A stretch of 36,918 nt of DNA from an uncultured Clostridia bacterium (GTDB lineage Bacteria > Bacillota > Clostridia > HGM11514): the NCBI GenBank assembly GCA_934489915.1, contig CAKSSZ010000001.1, forward strand, positions 1 through 36,918, read 5' to 3'. A program made the position numbers and the translations under genes. This document shows positions 29,061-36,918 of the stretch, in pieces; positions within the stretch are counted from its first letter, which is position 1, and each line of letters begins with the position of its first letter. The notes under the pieces were generated by a model. That model was not told where the DNA came from and made no database searches. It worked only from the letters and a program-made list of their open reading frames with translations.

Positions 29061-30322
29061 CAATTCGCCTCCTGCCATACGATTTTTCCGTCACACACTG
29101 TCATTTTGCAAATGCCAAAGCACTCCATCCCTTCAAAAGGGGTGCTTTTTCCCTTGGATACAAACGATTCCCCGGTCACAGTGCAGCTTTTTGTCAAATC
29201 AAACACCGTGAAATTTGCCGGCTCTCCGATCTGCAGCTGCGTCCCGATTCCAAACCGGGTTCGGGGATTTTCGTGAAACAAATCCACCAGCTGCTCCAGG
29301 GACAAAACCCCCTTCCGCACCAGGTGAGTATACAGCATTCCAAATCCGGTTTCCAATCCGGAAACACCCATCAGACTCCCTGCTAATCCTTTGCTTTTCT
29401 CCTCTTTGGCATGGGGAGCATGGTCGGTAGCAATCATGAAAACGGTTCCGTCCAAAATTCCTTCCAGCAGCGCCTCCTGATCCTCCTTGCTGCGAATGGG
29501 CGGGTTCATTTTAAACCGGCCGTCCTCCTGCAGCTGAGAATCGTCCAAAATCAGGTAATGGGGTGCTGTTTCACAGGTCACATCCACCCCTTCCGCCTTC
29601 GCCTGACGGATCAGCGCAACGCTTTCTTTTGCGGATACATGGCACACATGATACCGGCATCCCGTTTCCTTTGCCAGCCGCAGATCCCGTTTGATCGGCC
29701 CCCACTCGCTCTCGGAGCAAATACCTTTATGCCCCATCTGTGCGGCATAAGCGCCCCGGTGAATGTAGCCGCCATGGAGGAGGGCATTGTCCTCACAGTG
29801 AGCGGCAATGATTTTCCCCAGTTTTTTGGCTTGCTCCATAGCGGATCGCATCAAAGATTCTGACTGAACCCCCCGCCCGTCATCGGAAAACGCAATCACA
29901 TCCGGCGCCATCTCTTCCATCTCGGATAACTGTTCCCCCCGCTCCCCGACAGTCAGCGCACCGTAAGGGTACACGTGCACCTGAGCGCCTGCCCGAATGG
30001 CGGCAAGCTCCTGCTCCAAATGCTCCCGACAATCCGGCACGGGAGATAAATTGGGCATCGCACATACATGGGTCACCCCGCCCCGGGCGGCAGCAGCGGT
30101 TCCGCTCAAAATTGTTTCTTTATACAAAAAACCCGGTTCTCGAAGATGCACATGAACATCAACAAAACCGGGAAATAAAAAACAATTTGGAAAAGAAAAT
30201 ACTGTTGCCGTGTCAGGAAAAGAAGAAGCAATACCGGAAATCCGTCCGTTCCGAATCAGCAAATCCGCTTTTTGAAACCGTCGGTCACTGTAGATCGTTG
30301 TTCCTGATATTACAAACTCCAT
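29060..30322 (-). CDS. pyrC: dihydroorotase
   Basis: 420-aa ORF with metal-binding FVDVHVHLREPG and later DHAPH. Confidence 0.94.
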   Translation of the reverse strand: MEFVISGTTIYSDRRFQKADLLIRNGRISGIASSFPDTATVFSFPNCFLFPGFVDVHVHLREPGFLYKETILSGTAAAARGGVTHVCAMPNLSPVPDCREHLEQELAAIRAGAQVHVYPYGALTVGERGEQLSEMEEMAPDVIAFSDDGRGVQSESLMRSAMEQAKKLGKIIAAHCEDNALLHGGYIHRGAYAAQMGHKGICSESEWGPIKRDLRLAKETGCRYHVCHVSAKESVALIRQAKAEGVDVTCETAPHYLILDDSQLQEDGRFKMNPPIRSKEDQEALLEGILDGTVFMIATDHAPHAKEEKSKGLAGSLMGVSGLETGFGMLYTHLVRKGVLSLEQLVDLFHENPRTRFGIGTQLQIGEPANFTVFDLTKSCTVTGESFVSKGKSTPFEGMECFGICKMTVCDGKIVWQEAN

Positions 30323-30354
30323 TTCCCTTGCCTCCGTTTCTCTGGGTTGAAAAA

Positions 30355-30383
30355 ATTATAGCACAATTTGAGGCAAAAGTCAA
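30355..30383 (-). promoter_or_regulatory. near-consensus sigma-A promoter for the pyr operon (TTGACT-17 nt-TATAAT, TGn extended -10)
   Basis: Minus strand reads TTGACTTTTGCCTCAAATTGTGCTATAAT, leaving a leader of only about 25 nt before the pyrC ATG. Confidence 0.55.
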
Positions 30384-30391
30384 GTGTTCTT

Positions 30392-31297
30392 TCATTCTTT
30401 TTTTCTATTTTTCCCCGGCAGCTGCACCAGTATAATCGCAGCAAACATCAAAATGCACCCAAGCCCCTCCCGCAAAGAGGGGATTTCCCGTAAAATCACA
30501 GCGCCTGCCAAGGCGGCAAATACCGATTCCAGGCTCATAATCAGGGAGGCAACCGCAGGCTTGGTATCCTTCTGCCCGATAATCTGTAAGGTGTACCCCA
30601 CACCGCAGGACAGGGCACCCGCATACACAATGGTAGGCCAAGCGGAAAGCAAATCGTTCACTCCCGGTCTTTCCCAGATCACCATACCGATTCCCGCCAC
30701 CAGGGCAGAAACCAGAAATTGCAGGCACGCCAGCTTTACTCCGTCTACCTGCGGGGTAAAGTGATCCACCGCCAGAATATGCAGCGCAAACACAAGCGCA
30801 CATAATGCCATCAATCCGTCCCCGACGGAGAGGGCGTCCGCATTGCCCACACATAATAAATACAGCCCGATTGCCGCCAGCACAATGCAGCCCCACAGCT
30901 TCCCCGGGATCCTTTGCCCAAACAGCCGTCCCAGCAAGGGAACAATTAAAATATACATGGCAGTAATAAAACCGGCTTTCCCGGCAGTGGTATAGGCAAT
31001 GCCCGCCTGCTGCAGACAGGACGCAACACACAAAATCACACCGCAAACCACTCCCCCAAGAATCAGAGTCTTTTGCTCTTGAGGAGAGGCCTTCCTCCCG
31101 GTTCCCTGCTGTCCCTTTTTCCGGTCAAATACAAAAATGACCGGGAGCAATACCATCCCCCCGATCAGGGAACGCACGGACTGAAAGGTAAAGGGGCCGA
31201 TTTTATCCGCCCCGACGCTTTGCGCCACAAACGCGCACCCCCAGATCACTGCCGTCAGCAACAGCAGCAAATTCCCTCTTAATTCTTTTGATTTCAT
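30392..31297 (-). CDS. DMT superfamily (EamA-type) transporter
   Basis: 10-TM-like hydrophobic ORF with duplicated EamA halves. Start trimmed to MKSKELRGNLLLLL (ATG 31297). Confidence 0.8.
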   Translation of the reverse strand: MKSKELRGNLLLLLTAVIWGCAFVAQSVGADKIGPFTFQSVRSLIGGMVLLPVIFVFDRKKGQQGTGRKASPQEQKTLILGGVVCGVILCVASCLQQAGIAYTTAGKAGFITAMYILIVPLLGRLFGQRIPGKLWGCIVLAAIGLYLLCVGNADALSVGDGLMALCALVFALHILAVDHFTPQVDGVKLACLQFLVSALVAGIGMVIWERPGVNDLLSAWPTIVYAGALSCGVGYTLQIIGQKDTKPAVASLIMSLESVFAALAGAVILREIPSLREGLGCILMFAAIILVQLPGKNRKKE

Positions 31298-31331
31298 CCT
31301 TTTTGTCCCCTTTCCGTCATACATTTTTCCT

Positions 31332-31360
31332 ATTATAGCACAGATCCGGAAAAAAAACAA
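31332..31360 (-). promoter_or_regulatory. possible promoter for the EamA gene (TTGTTT-17 nt-TATAAT, TGn extended -10)
   Basis: Minus strand reads TTGTTTTTTTTCCGGATCTGTGCTATAAT in the divergent intergenic region. Confidence 0.35.
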
Positions 31361-31380
31361 GTTTTTTGCCGGAATAATCC

Positions 31381-31409
31381 TTGCAAAACTGAAAAAAGAA
31401 TGATATAAT
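31381..31409 (+). promoter_or_regulatory. near-consensus sigma-A promoter for the AEC-ligase-870aa unit (TTGCAA-17 nt-TATAAT, TGn extended -10)
   Basis: Plus strand reads TTGCAAAACTGAAAAAAGAATGATATAAT. Confidence 0.55.
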
Positions 31410-31423
31410 GAAGGTTATGATGA

Positions 31424-32365
31424 ATGAGGACGGAGTGTAGCATTATGGAGATCGCATGGACGGTGGCACAGCAGGTCATGGTCATTTTTCTGCTCATTAT
31501 GGTGGGCTTGGTCATGACCAAAAAGAATTTTTTAACCCAGACGGGGATCAATCAAATTACTTCTTTATTGTTATCAGTGGTAACGCCCTGCGTCCTGATT
31601 GACGCATACCAAAAGGATTTTGAACCCCATTTGGCATGGCAGCTGTGCACGGCGGCAATCTTTACCGTGCTTTTACATGTGATATCCATTCTTTTCTGCC
31701 ATTTTATTTTTCGGCGCGAGCCAACCAACCGATACCGGATCAATATTTTCTGTGCCATTTATTCCAACTGCGGATTTATGGCAATCCCCCTGCTTTCCGC
31801 CACATTGGGAGCGGACGGGGTATTTTACGGCTCCGCTTATCTGGCGGTCTTTACCGTGTTTTACTGGATTCACGGCGTATATGTTTACACCGGCGGGGAT
31901 CGGTCGGCAATGTCTTTGAAAAACGCTTTGTTCAATCCCGGCGTAATCGGAACCCTGATCAGCCTGATCCTGTTTCTCGGTCAGCTGCGGCTGCCCAAGG
32001 TGGTGGGGGATTCCATCGGTTATCTGGCAGGACTTAACACGCCCCTTGCCATGATTGTGCTGGGGTCGTACCTATCCAAGCTGAATTGGAAAAAGGCACT
32101 GGGCAACCGCTCCATGTATTTTGTGTGCTTTCTGCGGCTGCTGCTGATTCCGCTGCTTGCCATGGCGCTTGCACGGCTGCTCCGCTTAGACGAAACGGTA
32201 GCACAGGCGGTTATGATTTCGGCGGCTTGCCCGACGGCGGCGGTGGCCACGCTGTTTGCCACCCGCTTTCATTTGGACGCGGATTATTCCTCCGAGATCG
32301 TATCCGTTTCCACGCTACTTTCCATCCTTACCATACCGCTGATTATGATGTTATTCCATCTTTAA
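31424..32365 (+). CDS. AEC (auxin efflux carrier / malate permease-like) family transporter
   Basis: 313-aa polytopic ORF with AEC-like N- and C-terminal repeats. The true start may be ATG 31445 (MEIAWTV), which has GGAG 9 nt upstream. ATG 31424 would sit almost at the predicted TSS. Confidence 0.8.
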   Translation: MRTECSIMEIAWTVAQQVMVIFLLIMVGLVMTKKNFLTQTGINQITSLLLSVVTPCVLIDAYQKDFEPHLAWQLCTAAIFTVLLHVISILFCHFIFRREPTNRYRINIFCAIYSNCGFMAIPLLSATLGADGVFYGSAYLAVFTVFYWIHGVYVYTGGDRSAMSLKNALFNPGVIGTLISLILFLGQLRLPKVVGDSIGYLAGLNTPLAMIVLGSYLSKLNWKKALGNRSMYFVCFLRLLLIPLLAMALARLLRLDETVAQAVMISAACPTAAVATLFATRFHLDADYSSEIVSVSTLLSILTIPLIMMLFHL

Positions 32366-32386
32366 AATAAAAAGGGGTTTAAAAAA

Positions 32387-34021
32387 ATGCCAATTACAGA
32401 ATTTTTAGAAAACAACGCCAAGCTCTACGGAGAAGAAACCGCTCTGGTAGAAATCAATCCGGAGGTACGGGAGGTGCGCCGGGTTACCTGGAAGGAATAC
32501 GAGCTGATCGAACCGGGTCGGGGAGACGCTTACCGCCGGGAAATTACCTGGAGCGTGTTTGAAGAAAAAGCAAATCGCTGCGCCCATTTACTGTTGAGCC
32601 GGGGAATCAAAAAAGGACATAAGGTAGCCATTTTGTTAATGAATTGCTTAGAGTGGCTGCCCCTCTATTTCGGAATCTTAAAAACCGGCGCACTGGCAGT
32701 TCCGCTGAACTACCGGTATACCTCTGACGAAATCCAGTACTGCTTGGATCTGGCAGATGTAGATGCGCTCTTTTTCGGTCCGGAATTCATCGGCAGAATG
32801 GAGGAAATCTGCGACCGGATCCCCCGCGTAAAGCTTTTGTTTTATGTGGGTGACGCCTGCCCCTCCTTTGCGGAAAATTACCTGCACCTGGCAACCAATT
32901 TTTCCAGCATGAAGCCGGAGATTTCCATTCGGGACGAGGATGACGCCGCCATTTACTTTTCCTCCGGTACCACCGGCTTTCCCAAGGCAATTTTGCACCC
33001 CCATACCAGCCTGATGCAATCCTGCCGGATGGAACAAAAGCACCACGGGCAAACCCATGAGGATGTCTTTTTGTGCATTCCGCCCCTGTACCATACAGGA
33101 GCCAAAATGCACTGGTTCGGCAGCCTGATTTCCGGCGGAAGAGCAGTGCTGTTAAAGGGAGTTCGCCCCCAGACCATCATCGAAACCGTTGCCAACGAGC
33201 ATTGCTCCATTGTGTGGCTTTTAGTTCCTTGGGCACAGGATATTTTAGACGCCATTGACCGGGGGGAAATTGACATCAGCCGATATGACCTTTCCGCTTG
33301 GCGGCTGATGCATATCGGTGCGCAGCCGGTTCCCCCCAGCCTGATCAAGCGCTGGGAGGAGATTTTCCCCAACCATCAATATGACACCAACTACGGCCTC
33401 AGCGAATCCACAGGCCCGGGATGCGTCCACCTGGGCGTGGAAAACATTCATAAAATCGGCGCCATCGGCACTGCCGGCTATGGATGGAAAACGAAAATTA
33501 TTGACGAACAGGGCAACCCGGTTCCTCAGGGAGAAGTGGGCGAGCTGGCAGTTTTCGGCCCGGGCGTTATGAAGTGCTACTATAAAGATCCGGAGGCCAG
33601 CGCACAGGTGCTGCACGACGGATGGCTCTACACGGGCGACATGGCAAAAGAGGATGAAGACGGCTTTATCTATCTGGTAGACCGCAAAAAGGACGTTATC
33701 ATCAGCGGGGGTGAAAATTTATATCCGGTTCAGATTGAAGATTTTCTCCGGGCGCATCCGGCGGTAAAGGATGTGGCAGTGATCGGCCTGCCGGATCCCC
33801 GCTTAGGGGAAATTGCCGCAGCCATTGTGGAAATCAAGGAAGGGGAAAGCTGCACAGAAGACCGGCTGCAGGAATTCTGCAAGGGCTTGCCCCGCTATAA
33901 GCGCCCCCACAAGTTCATCTTTGCCCAGGTTCCCCGCAACCCCACCGGGAAAATTGAAAAACCGCTGCTGCGGAAAATCTATTGCGGAGAAAGCCTGGTA
34001 GAAAGCCAGATCAAAGGCTGA
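32387..34021 (+). CDS. AMP-dependent synthetase/ligase (acyl-CoA synthetase-like, ANL superfamily); substrate unknown
   Basis: 544-aa ORF with core motifs YFSSGTTGFPKA, YGLSES, YTGDMAKEDEDGFIYLVDRKKDVIISGGENLYP and PRNPTGKIEK. Confidence 0.9.
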   Translation: MPITEFLENNAKLYGEETALVEINPEVREVRRVTWKEYELIEPGRGDAYRREITWSVFEEKANRCAHLLLSRGIKKGHKVAILLMNCLEWLPLYFGILKTGALAVPLNYRYTSDEIQYCLDLADVDALFFGPEFIGRMEEICDRIPRVKLLFYVGDACPSFAENYLHLATNFSSMKPEISIRDEDDAAIYFSSGTTGFPKAILHPHTSLMQSCRMEQKHHGQTHEDVFLCIPPLYHTGAKMHWFGSLISGGRAVLLKGVRPQTIIETVANEHCSIVWLLVPWAQDILDAIDRGEIDISRYDLSAWRLMHIGAQPVPPSLIKRWEEIFPNHQYDTNYGLSESTGPGCVHLGVENIHKIGAIGTAGYGWKTKIIDEQGNPVPQGEVGELAVFGPGVMKCYYKDPEASAQVLHDGWLYTGDMAKEDEDGFIYLVDRKKDVIISGGENLYPVQIEDFLRAHPAVKDVAVIGLPDPRLGEIAAAIVEIKEGESCTEDRLQEFCKGLPRYKRPHKFIFAQVPRNPTGKIEKPLLRKIYCGESLVESQIKG

Positions 34022-34037
34022 TTAGGAGGAAACAAAT

Positions 34038-36650
34038 TTGAAATCGGGAAAGCTTTTTTTGGCTTGTACACTGCTGCTTTTCGGCATTTGTTCCGCCGTT
34101 ATCCGCTGCGGCGCCGCCGGCGACCCCATCCCCATTCGGTTTACCAAAGCGGGAGGGGGGCAGTATATTTATTGCAATAACCCGGAATACGTGGGGGAAG
34201 AGGATCTGTCTACCGTAGAGAACGAAAAGGCAACCTACTTAATGCAATGTAAGCAATTAAAGCCGGATCAATATCAGGTGTTTTTTTGCTTTTATAACTG
34301 GACGGATTTTGACATTGAGCCGGATATGGAGTTTAAAACAGAATCAGGAGCGGAAATTCGGATTGATTCCGCCGCCTACTGCCTCCCCTCCGGCGATGAA
34401 TTCTGGGATTGTATCGGCGCATGGGCGGAGTTTATGAATATGAACATCCGCACCTTAAACGGCTATCAGCAATTTGTTCCTTACCGCGGGGTGGAGTTTC
34501 CCCAAACTCTGTCCCTGAAAGCAGGAGAAACCCATTGGATCAGCCCCTACCTTTACAATTACCGCACCGTTCCCTCCCGGGTTACCTTTTTGATGCTGGT
34601 CAAATTCACCATCGTGTCCGGTAAGACGGATGTGAATTTTGCTTCGTTAAAGCACTACGGGAGCTTAGGGGATCGGAGCATGCATAACCCGGACGCACTC
34701 CCCGGAGCTTATCGCCGGGACACCTCCGTCAAGGGCATTGAAACAGAAAGCCTGCCCATGGTTGAAGCGAATCTGAACGTGCAGATCACACCGGAGGTAA
34801 AAAACGGAACCACCCTCCCGGTGCGGATTTTTAATCAGTATTATAACGACGGCAACACCGTCCCCCATTGGATGACCAACATCAACCCCAACCGGGACGA
34901 ATATCTCTACAGTAAAACCGTTGCCGCCGGGTCGGATATGCTTTCCTTCCGTTATCCGGATGATTCCAAGCTTTCTTATTACGGCGAAAAGGTTCCCGCA
35001 AGCCGGCGGGATAACGTCTGGGTCTTTGATATTTACCATCAGGATATTACCGCTTATCAGGAGGATATGCCCTGGAAGCCGGAGCTGCATATTCCCAACG
35101 CCTATACCGGCACAAAAATGGACATTGACAACCTCCCTAACCTGAACTGGGAATTTAACCTGGGGAATTTCGGGGTCACCAACCGGTATCATTTAAAAAT
35201 AAAAAACTCGGACAACCAACCCCGGATTTTAAATTATTATCTGGAAACCTCCCGCTCCAGCAACATTCTGATCGTGCGGGACAAAAACGGCGTTATGCTC
35301 AACCCCTATACCCTGCAGCCGGACAATCCCTTTGCCCTCTGTAAAGGGATCAACCCTCAGAAGGTCAACGCCTGTATGTTCAGCGCAGAGGTTCCCGCCG
35401 GGGAGGAGGCAGAATATATTTTAGACCTCATTCTGCCCACCAACTGCCTTGGGGGGATGGTCAACGCCCTGACGGTAGACAGCCGCAAAAAGCTGATGCC
35501 GGTAGAGGGGGGCGCCTTTCCGGAGCATACGGAAAATTACCCCCTATCCAACGTGTTTTTTAACGGACAGGAATATATGAAATGGGAAAACGAAACCCTC
35601 TATCGTCTCCGGGGGAACACCTGGAGCCGGGTGAAACTGGACAAAAGCGCACAGGAGCTGTTCCGGCACCGGAGCAACAGCTTTTCCATTGTAAAAACCG
35701 ATTGGGGCTATGCCGCCCGGTTCTGTGGGTGGGACGGGGGCATTGACTGGTGCATTGCCAACACCAATGCGCAGGATCAGCTTTATTTATTTAATGCGGA
35801 CTTCCGCCTGCTGTCTGCCAACCCTACAGGCGCCTATCTCACCGGGCTTACCTTTGCTGACGGCAAGCTGTACTATCTGGGGGACGGGATGTTTGAATCC
35901 ACCGACGGCAAAACCTTTTCCAAAACAGAAGGCTCCTTCAGCTTTCCGGAAAATAACGGGTTGTTTTCTATTGTACGGGAGGGAAAGCAGCTGTTTTATC
36001 AGGAAGGCGGAAAGCTGCTGCCCATTTGTTATGAAAGCGGGCAATCCCCCCGGGAGGTGAAGGCAACCGGCGGGCTGTTTTACGGCAAAAAATCCTGGAA
36101 AACTTATTTTTCCGATCTGCAAACGCCCAACATTTTATCCGTTTCCGCCGATGGACTGACCTGGACGGACTACACCCTGCCCAACACCTTTCTGGAATTA
36201 AAGCAGGTGGTGTATCTGAACGGGAAAATCTATGTAGACGGACGCTACCAGACCTTTGTGCTGGACGCCCCCGCACCCGCCCCTGCCAGAGTGATCTTAA
36301 ACGGTGAGGTGCTGGCGTTTGAGACCCCGCCACAGGTCATTTGTGACAGAACCATGCTGCCCGTCCGCTTTTTCTTTGAAAAGCTGGGCGCACAGGTGCA
36401 GTGGAAGGAGGAAACCCAAGAGATCACCGTCACCGATGGGGAGCAGGTGATCACCTTCCGGATCGGCGGGGAAACCGCCCTGGTCAACGGCGAGGAAAAA
36501 CCCCTTGACGCACCTGCCGTCTTATCCGGAGAAAAGGCTATGCTCCCTCTCCGTGCCTTGGCAGAACAGCTGGGCTATCAGGTAGACTGGGAGGAAGACC
36601 GAAAGCTGGTGACCGTCCGCCGCCCCGCACCTGCTGCAGAGGAACCGTAA
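34038..36650 (+). CDS. 870-aa secreted multidomain protein: unassigned N-terminal region, Asp-box/BNR-like region, C-terminal copper-amine-oxidase-N-terminal-like (stalk) domain
   Basis: TTG start 8 nt after AGGAGGA. Signal peptide MKSGKLFLACTLLLFGICSAV. SxDxGxTW/F motifs at 35898-35918 (STDGKTF) and 36144-36164 (SADGLTW). C-terminal VILNGEVLAFETPPQVICDRTMLPVRFFFEKLGAQVQW...MLPLRALAEQLGYQVDW resembles the Cu_amine_oxidN1 repeat common in clostridial surface proteins. Confidence 0.8.
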   Translation: MKSGKLFLACTLLLFGICSAVIRCGAAGDPIPIRFTKAGGGQYIYCNNPEYVGEEDLSTVENEKATYLMQCKQLKPDQYQVFFCFYNWTDFDIEPDMEFKTESGAEIRIDSAAYCLPSGDEFWDCIGAWAEFMNMNIRTLNGYQQFVPYRGVEFPQTLSLKAGETHWISPYLYNYRTVPSRVTFLMLVKFTIVSGKTDVNFASLKHYGSLGDRSMHNPDALPGAYRRDTSVKGIETESLPMVEANLNVQITPEVKNGTTLPVRIFNQYYNDGNTVPHWMTNINPNRDEYLYSKTVAAGSDMLSFRYPDDSKLSYYGEKVPASRRDNVWVFDIYHQDITAYQEDMPWKPELHIPNAYTGTKMDIDNLPNLNWEFNLGNFGVTNRYHLKIKNSDNQPRILNYYLETSRSSNILIVRDKNGVMLNPYTLQPDNPFALCKGINPQKVNACMFSAEVPAGEEAEYILDLILPTNCLGGMVNALTVDSRKKLMPVEGGAFPEHTENYPLSNVFFNGQEYMKWENETLYRLRGNTWSRVKLDKSAQELFRHRSNSFSIVKTDWGYAARFCGWDGGIDWCIANTNAQDQLYLFNADFRLLSANPTGAYLTGLTFADGKLYYLGDGMFESTDGKTFSKTEGSFSFPENNGLFSIVREGKQLFYQEGGKLLPICYESGQSPREVKATGGLFYGKKSWKTYFSDLQTPNILSVSADGLTWTDYTLPNTFLELKQVVYLNGKIYVDGRYQTFVLDAPAPAPARVILNGEVLAFETPPQVICDRTMLPVRFFFEKLGAQVQWKEETQEITVTDGEQVITFRIGGETALVNGEEKPLDAPAVLSGEKAMLPLRALAEQLGYQVDWEEDRKLVTVRRPAPAAEEP

Positions 36651-36677
36651 GAAATAGGAATAAATTTCAATGACAGG

Positions 36678-36706
36678 TTGCAAAATTCCAAAAAATATGA
36701 TATAAT
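36678..36706 (+). promoter_or_regulatory. near-consensus sigma-A promoter (TTGCAA-17 nt-TATAAT, TGn extended -10) located upstream of a terminator
   Basis: Plus strand reads TTGCAAAATTCCAAAAAATATGATATAAT, identical at 24 of 29 positions to the promoter at 31381-31409. Confidence 0.5.
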
Positions 36707-36712
36707 CAGTAG

Positions 36713-36788
36713 GAAGCAACACCGGAACGAAGAGCGGTATGTTGTTTGCTGCGCCGCTCAAGTCGGACTTGAGCGGCGCAGTTTTTTT
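36713..36788 (+). ncRNA. candidate ~75-nt small RNA or attenuator leader (promoter-proximal hairpin plus intrinsic terminator)
   Basis: Predicted TSS is about 36713. Hairpin 1 pairs AGCAACA/TGTTGTT (36715-36721 with 36740-36746) with an inner CCG/CGG pairing. The terminator hairpin 36749-36781 and U7 follow immediately. No family recognised. Confidence 0.3.
36749..36788 (+). terminator. strong intrinsic terminator
   Basis: CTGCGCCGCTCAAG-tcgga-CTTGAGCGGCGCAG is a 14-bp perfect stem followed by TTTTTTT. Confidence 0.85.
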
Positions 36789-36813
36789 ATATCTTTTTTG
36801 GAGGAATTACAAA

Positions 36814-36918
36814 ATGAAACGATGGATTGGCTTTTTCATGATTTTTTGTATGGTGTTCGGCGCCGTTCCCGCTCTGCCGCTCACCGCAGCGGCAGCAGAG
36901 GGTACCTGCGGCGACAAC
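36814..36918 (+). CDS. N-terminus of a secreted protein (truncated by window edge)
   Basis: ATG lies 8 nt after GGAGGA. MKRWIGFFMIFCMVFGAVPALPLTAAAAEG is a signal peptide with an A-x-A-type cleavage region. Confidence 0.65.
   Translation, partial: MKRWIGFFMIFCMVFGAVPALPLTAAAAEGTCGDN

Noticed and set aside
31298-31423. Strand switch (all minus to the left, plus to the right) considered as a possible replication origin or island boundary
   Set aside because: The gap is only 126 nt. It is fully accounted for by two divergent promoters, contains no DnaA boxes and has no dnaA/dnaN nearby. The CCGGAAAAAAAACAAGTTTTTTGCCGG imperfect palindrome there overlaps the putative -35 of the EamA promoter and is AT-stemmed and weak.
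36739-36813. Upstream in-frame ATG at 36739 that would add 25 residues (MLFAAPLKSDLSGAVFLYLFWRNYK) to the last partial CDS
   Set aside because: It has no good RBS, and the coding path would run straight through the 14-bp terminator stem and U-tract. The ATG at 36814 has GGAGGA at ideal spacing and yields a proper signal peptide.

Overview
This window reads as core chromosome of a Firmicutes/Clostridia-type anaerobe; that assignment is an inference from gene content, synteny and moderately high GC. From 1 to 31297 every supported gene is on the minus strand: ftsH(partial)-hpt-tilS-dnaB-rplI-gdpP-yybS, yihY, frr-pyrH-GH88, gap, radical-SAM-rnc-acpP, a Cys-rich protein, pgsA-rimO-recX-recA-cinA-thiI-nifS, an SGNH/MBOAT pair, a seven-gene pyr operon (pyrC-K-D-F-E-B-I) and an EamA transporter. 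At about 31.3-31.4 kb the orientation flips. A plus-strand unit follows: AEC permease, an adenylate-forming ligase, and an 870-aa secreted protein with a largely unassignable N-terminal half. After it come a promoter/hairpin/terminator module and the start of another signal-peptide protein. I saw no rRNA, tRNA, CRISPR array, transposase, integrase or phage gene. Most of the window is ordinary housekeeping DNA, and I could not support any clearly novel multi-gene system. The most interesting items are the plus-strand operon with the 870-aa protein, the promoter-to-terminator module at 36678-36788 (candidate small RNA or attenuator), the orphan MBOAT/SGNH pair, and the GH88 gene with a 12-bp perfect inverted repeat in its leader. 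Promoters and terminators were called by eye from sigma-A-like hexamers and hairpin/U-tract geometry and are unverified. Several ORF-track starts were trimmed to internal ATGs that have good Shine-Dalgarno sequences.
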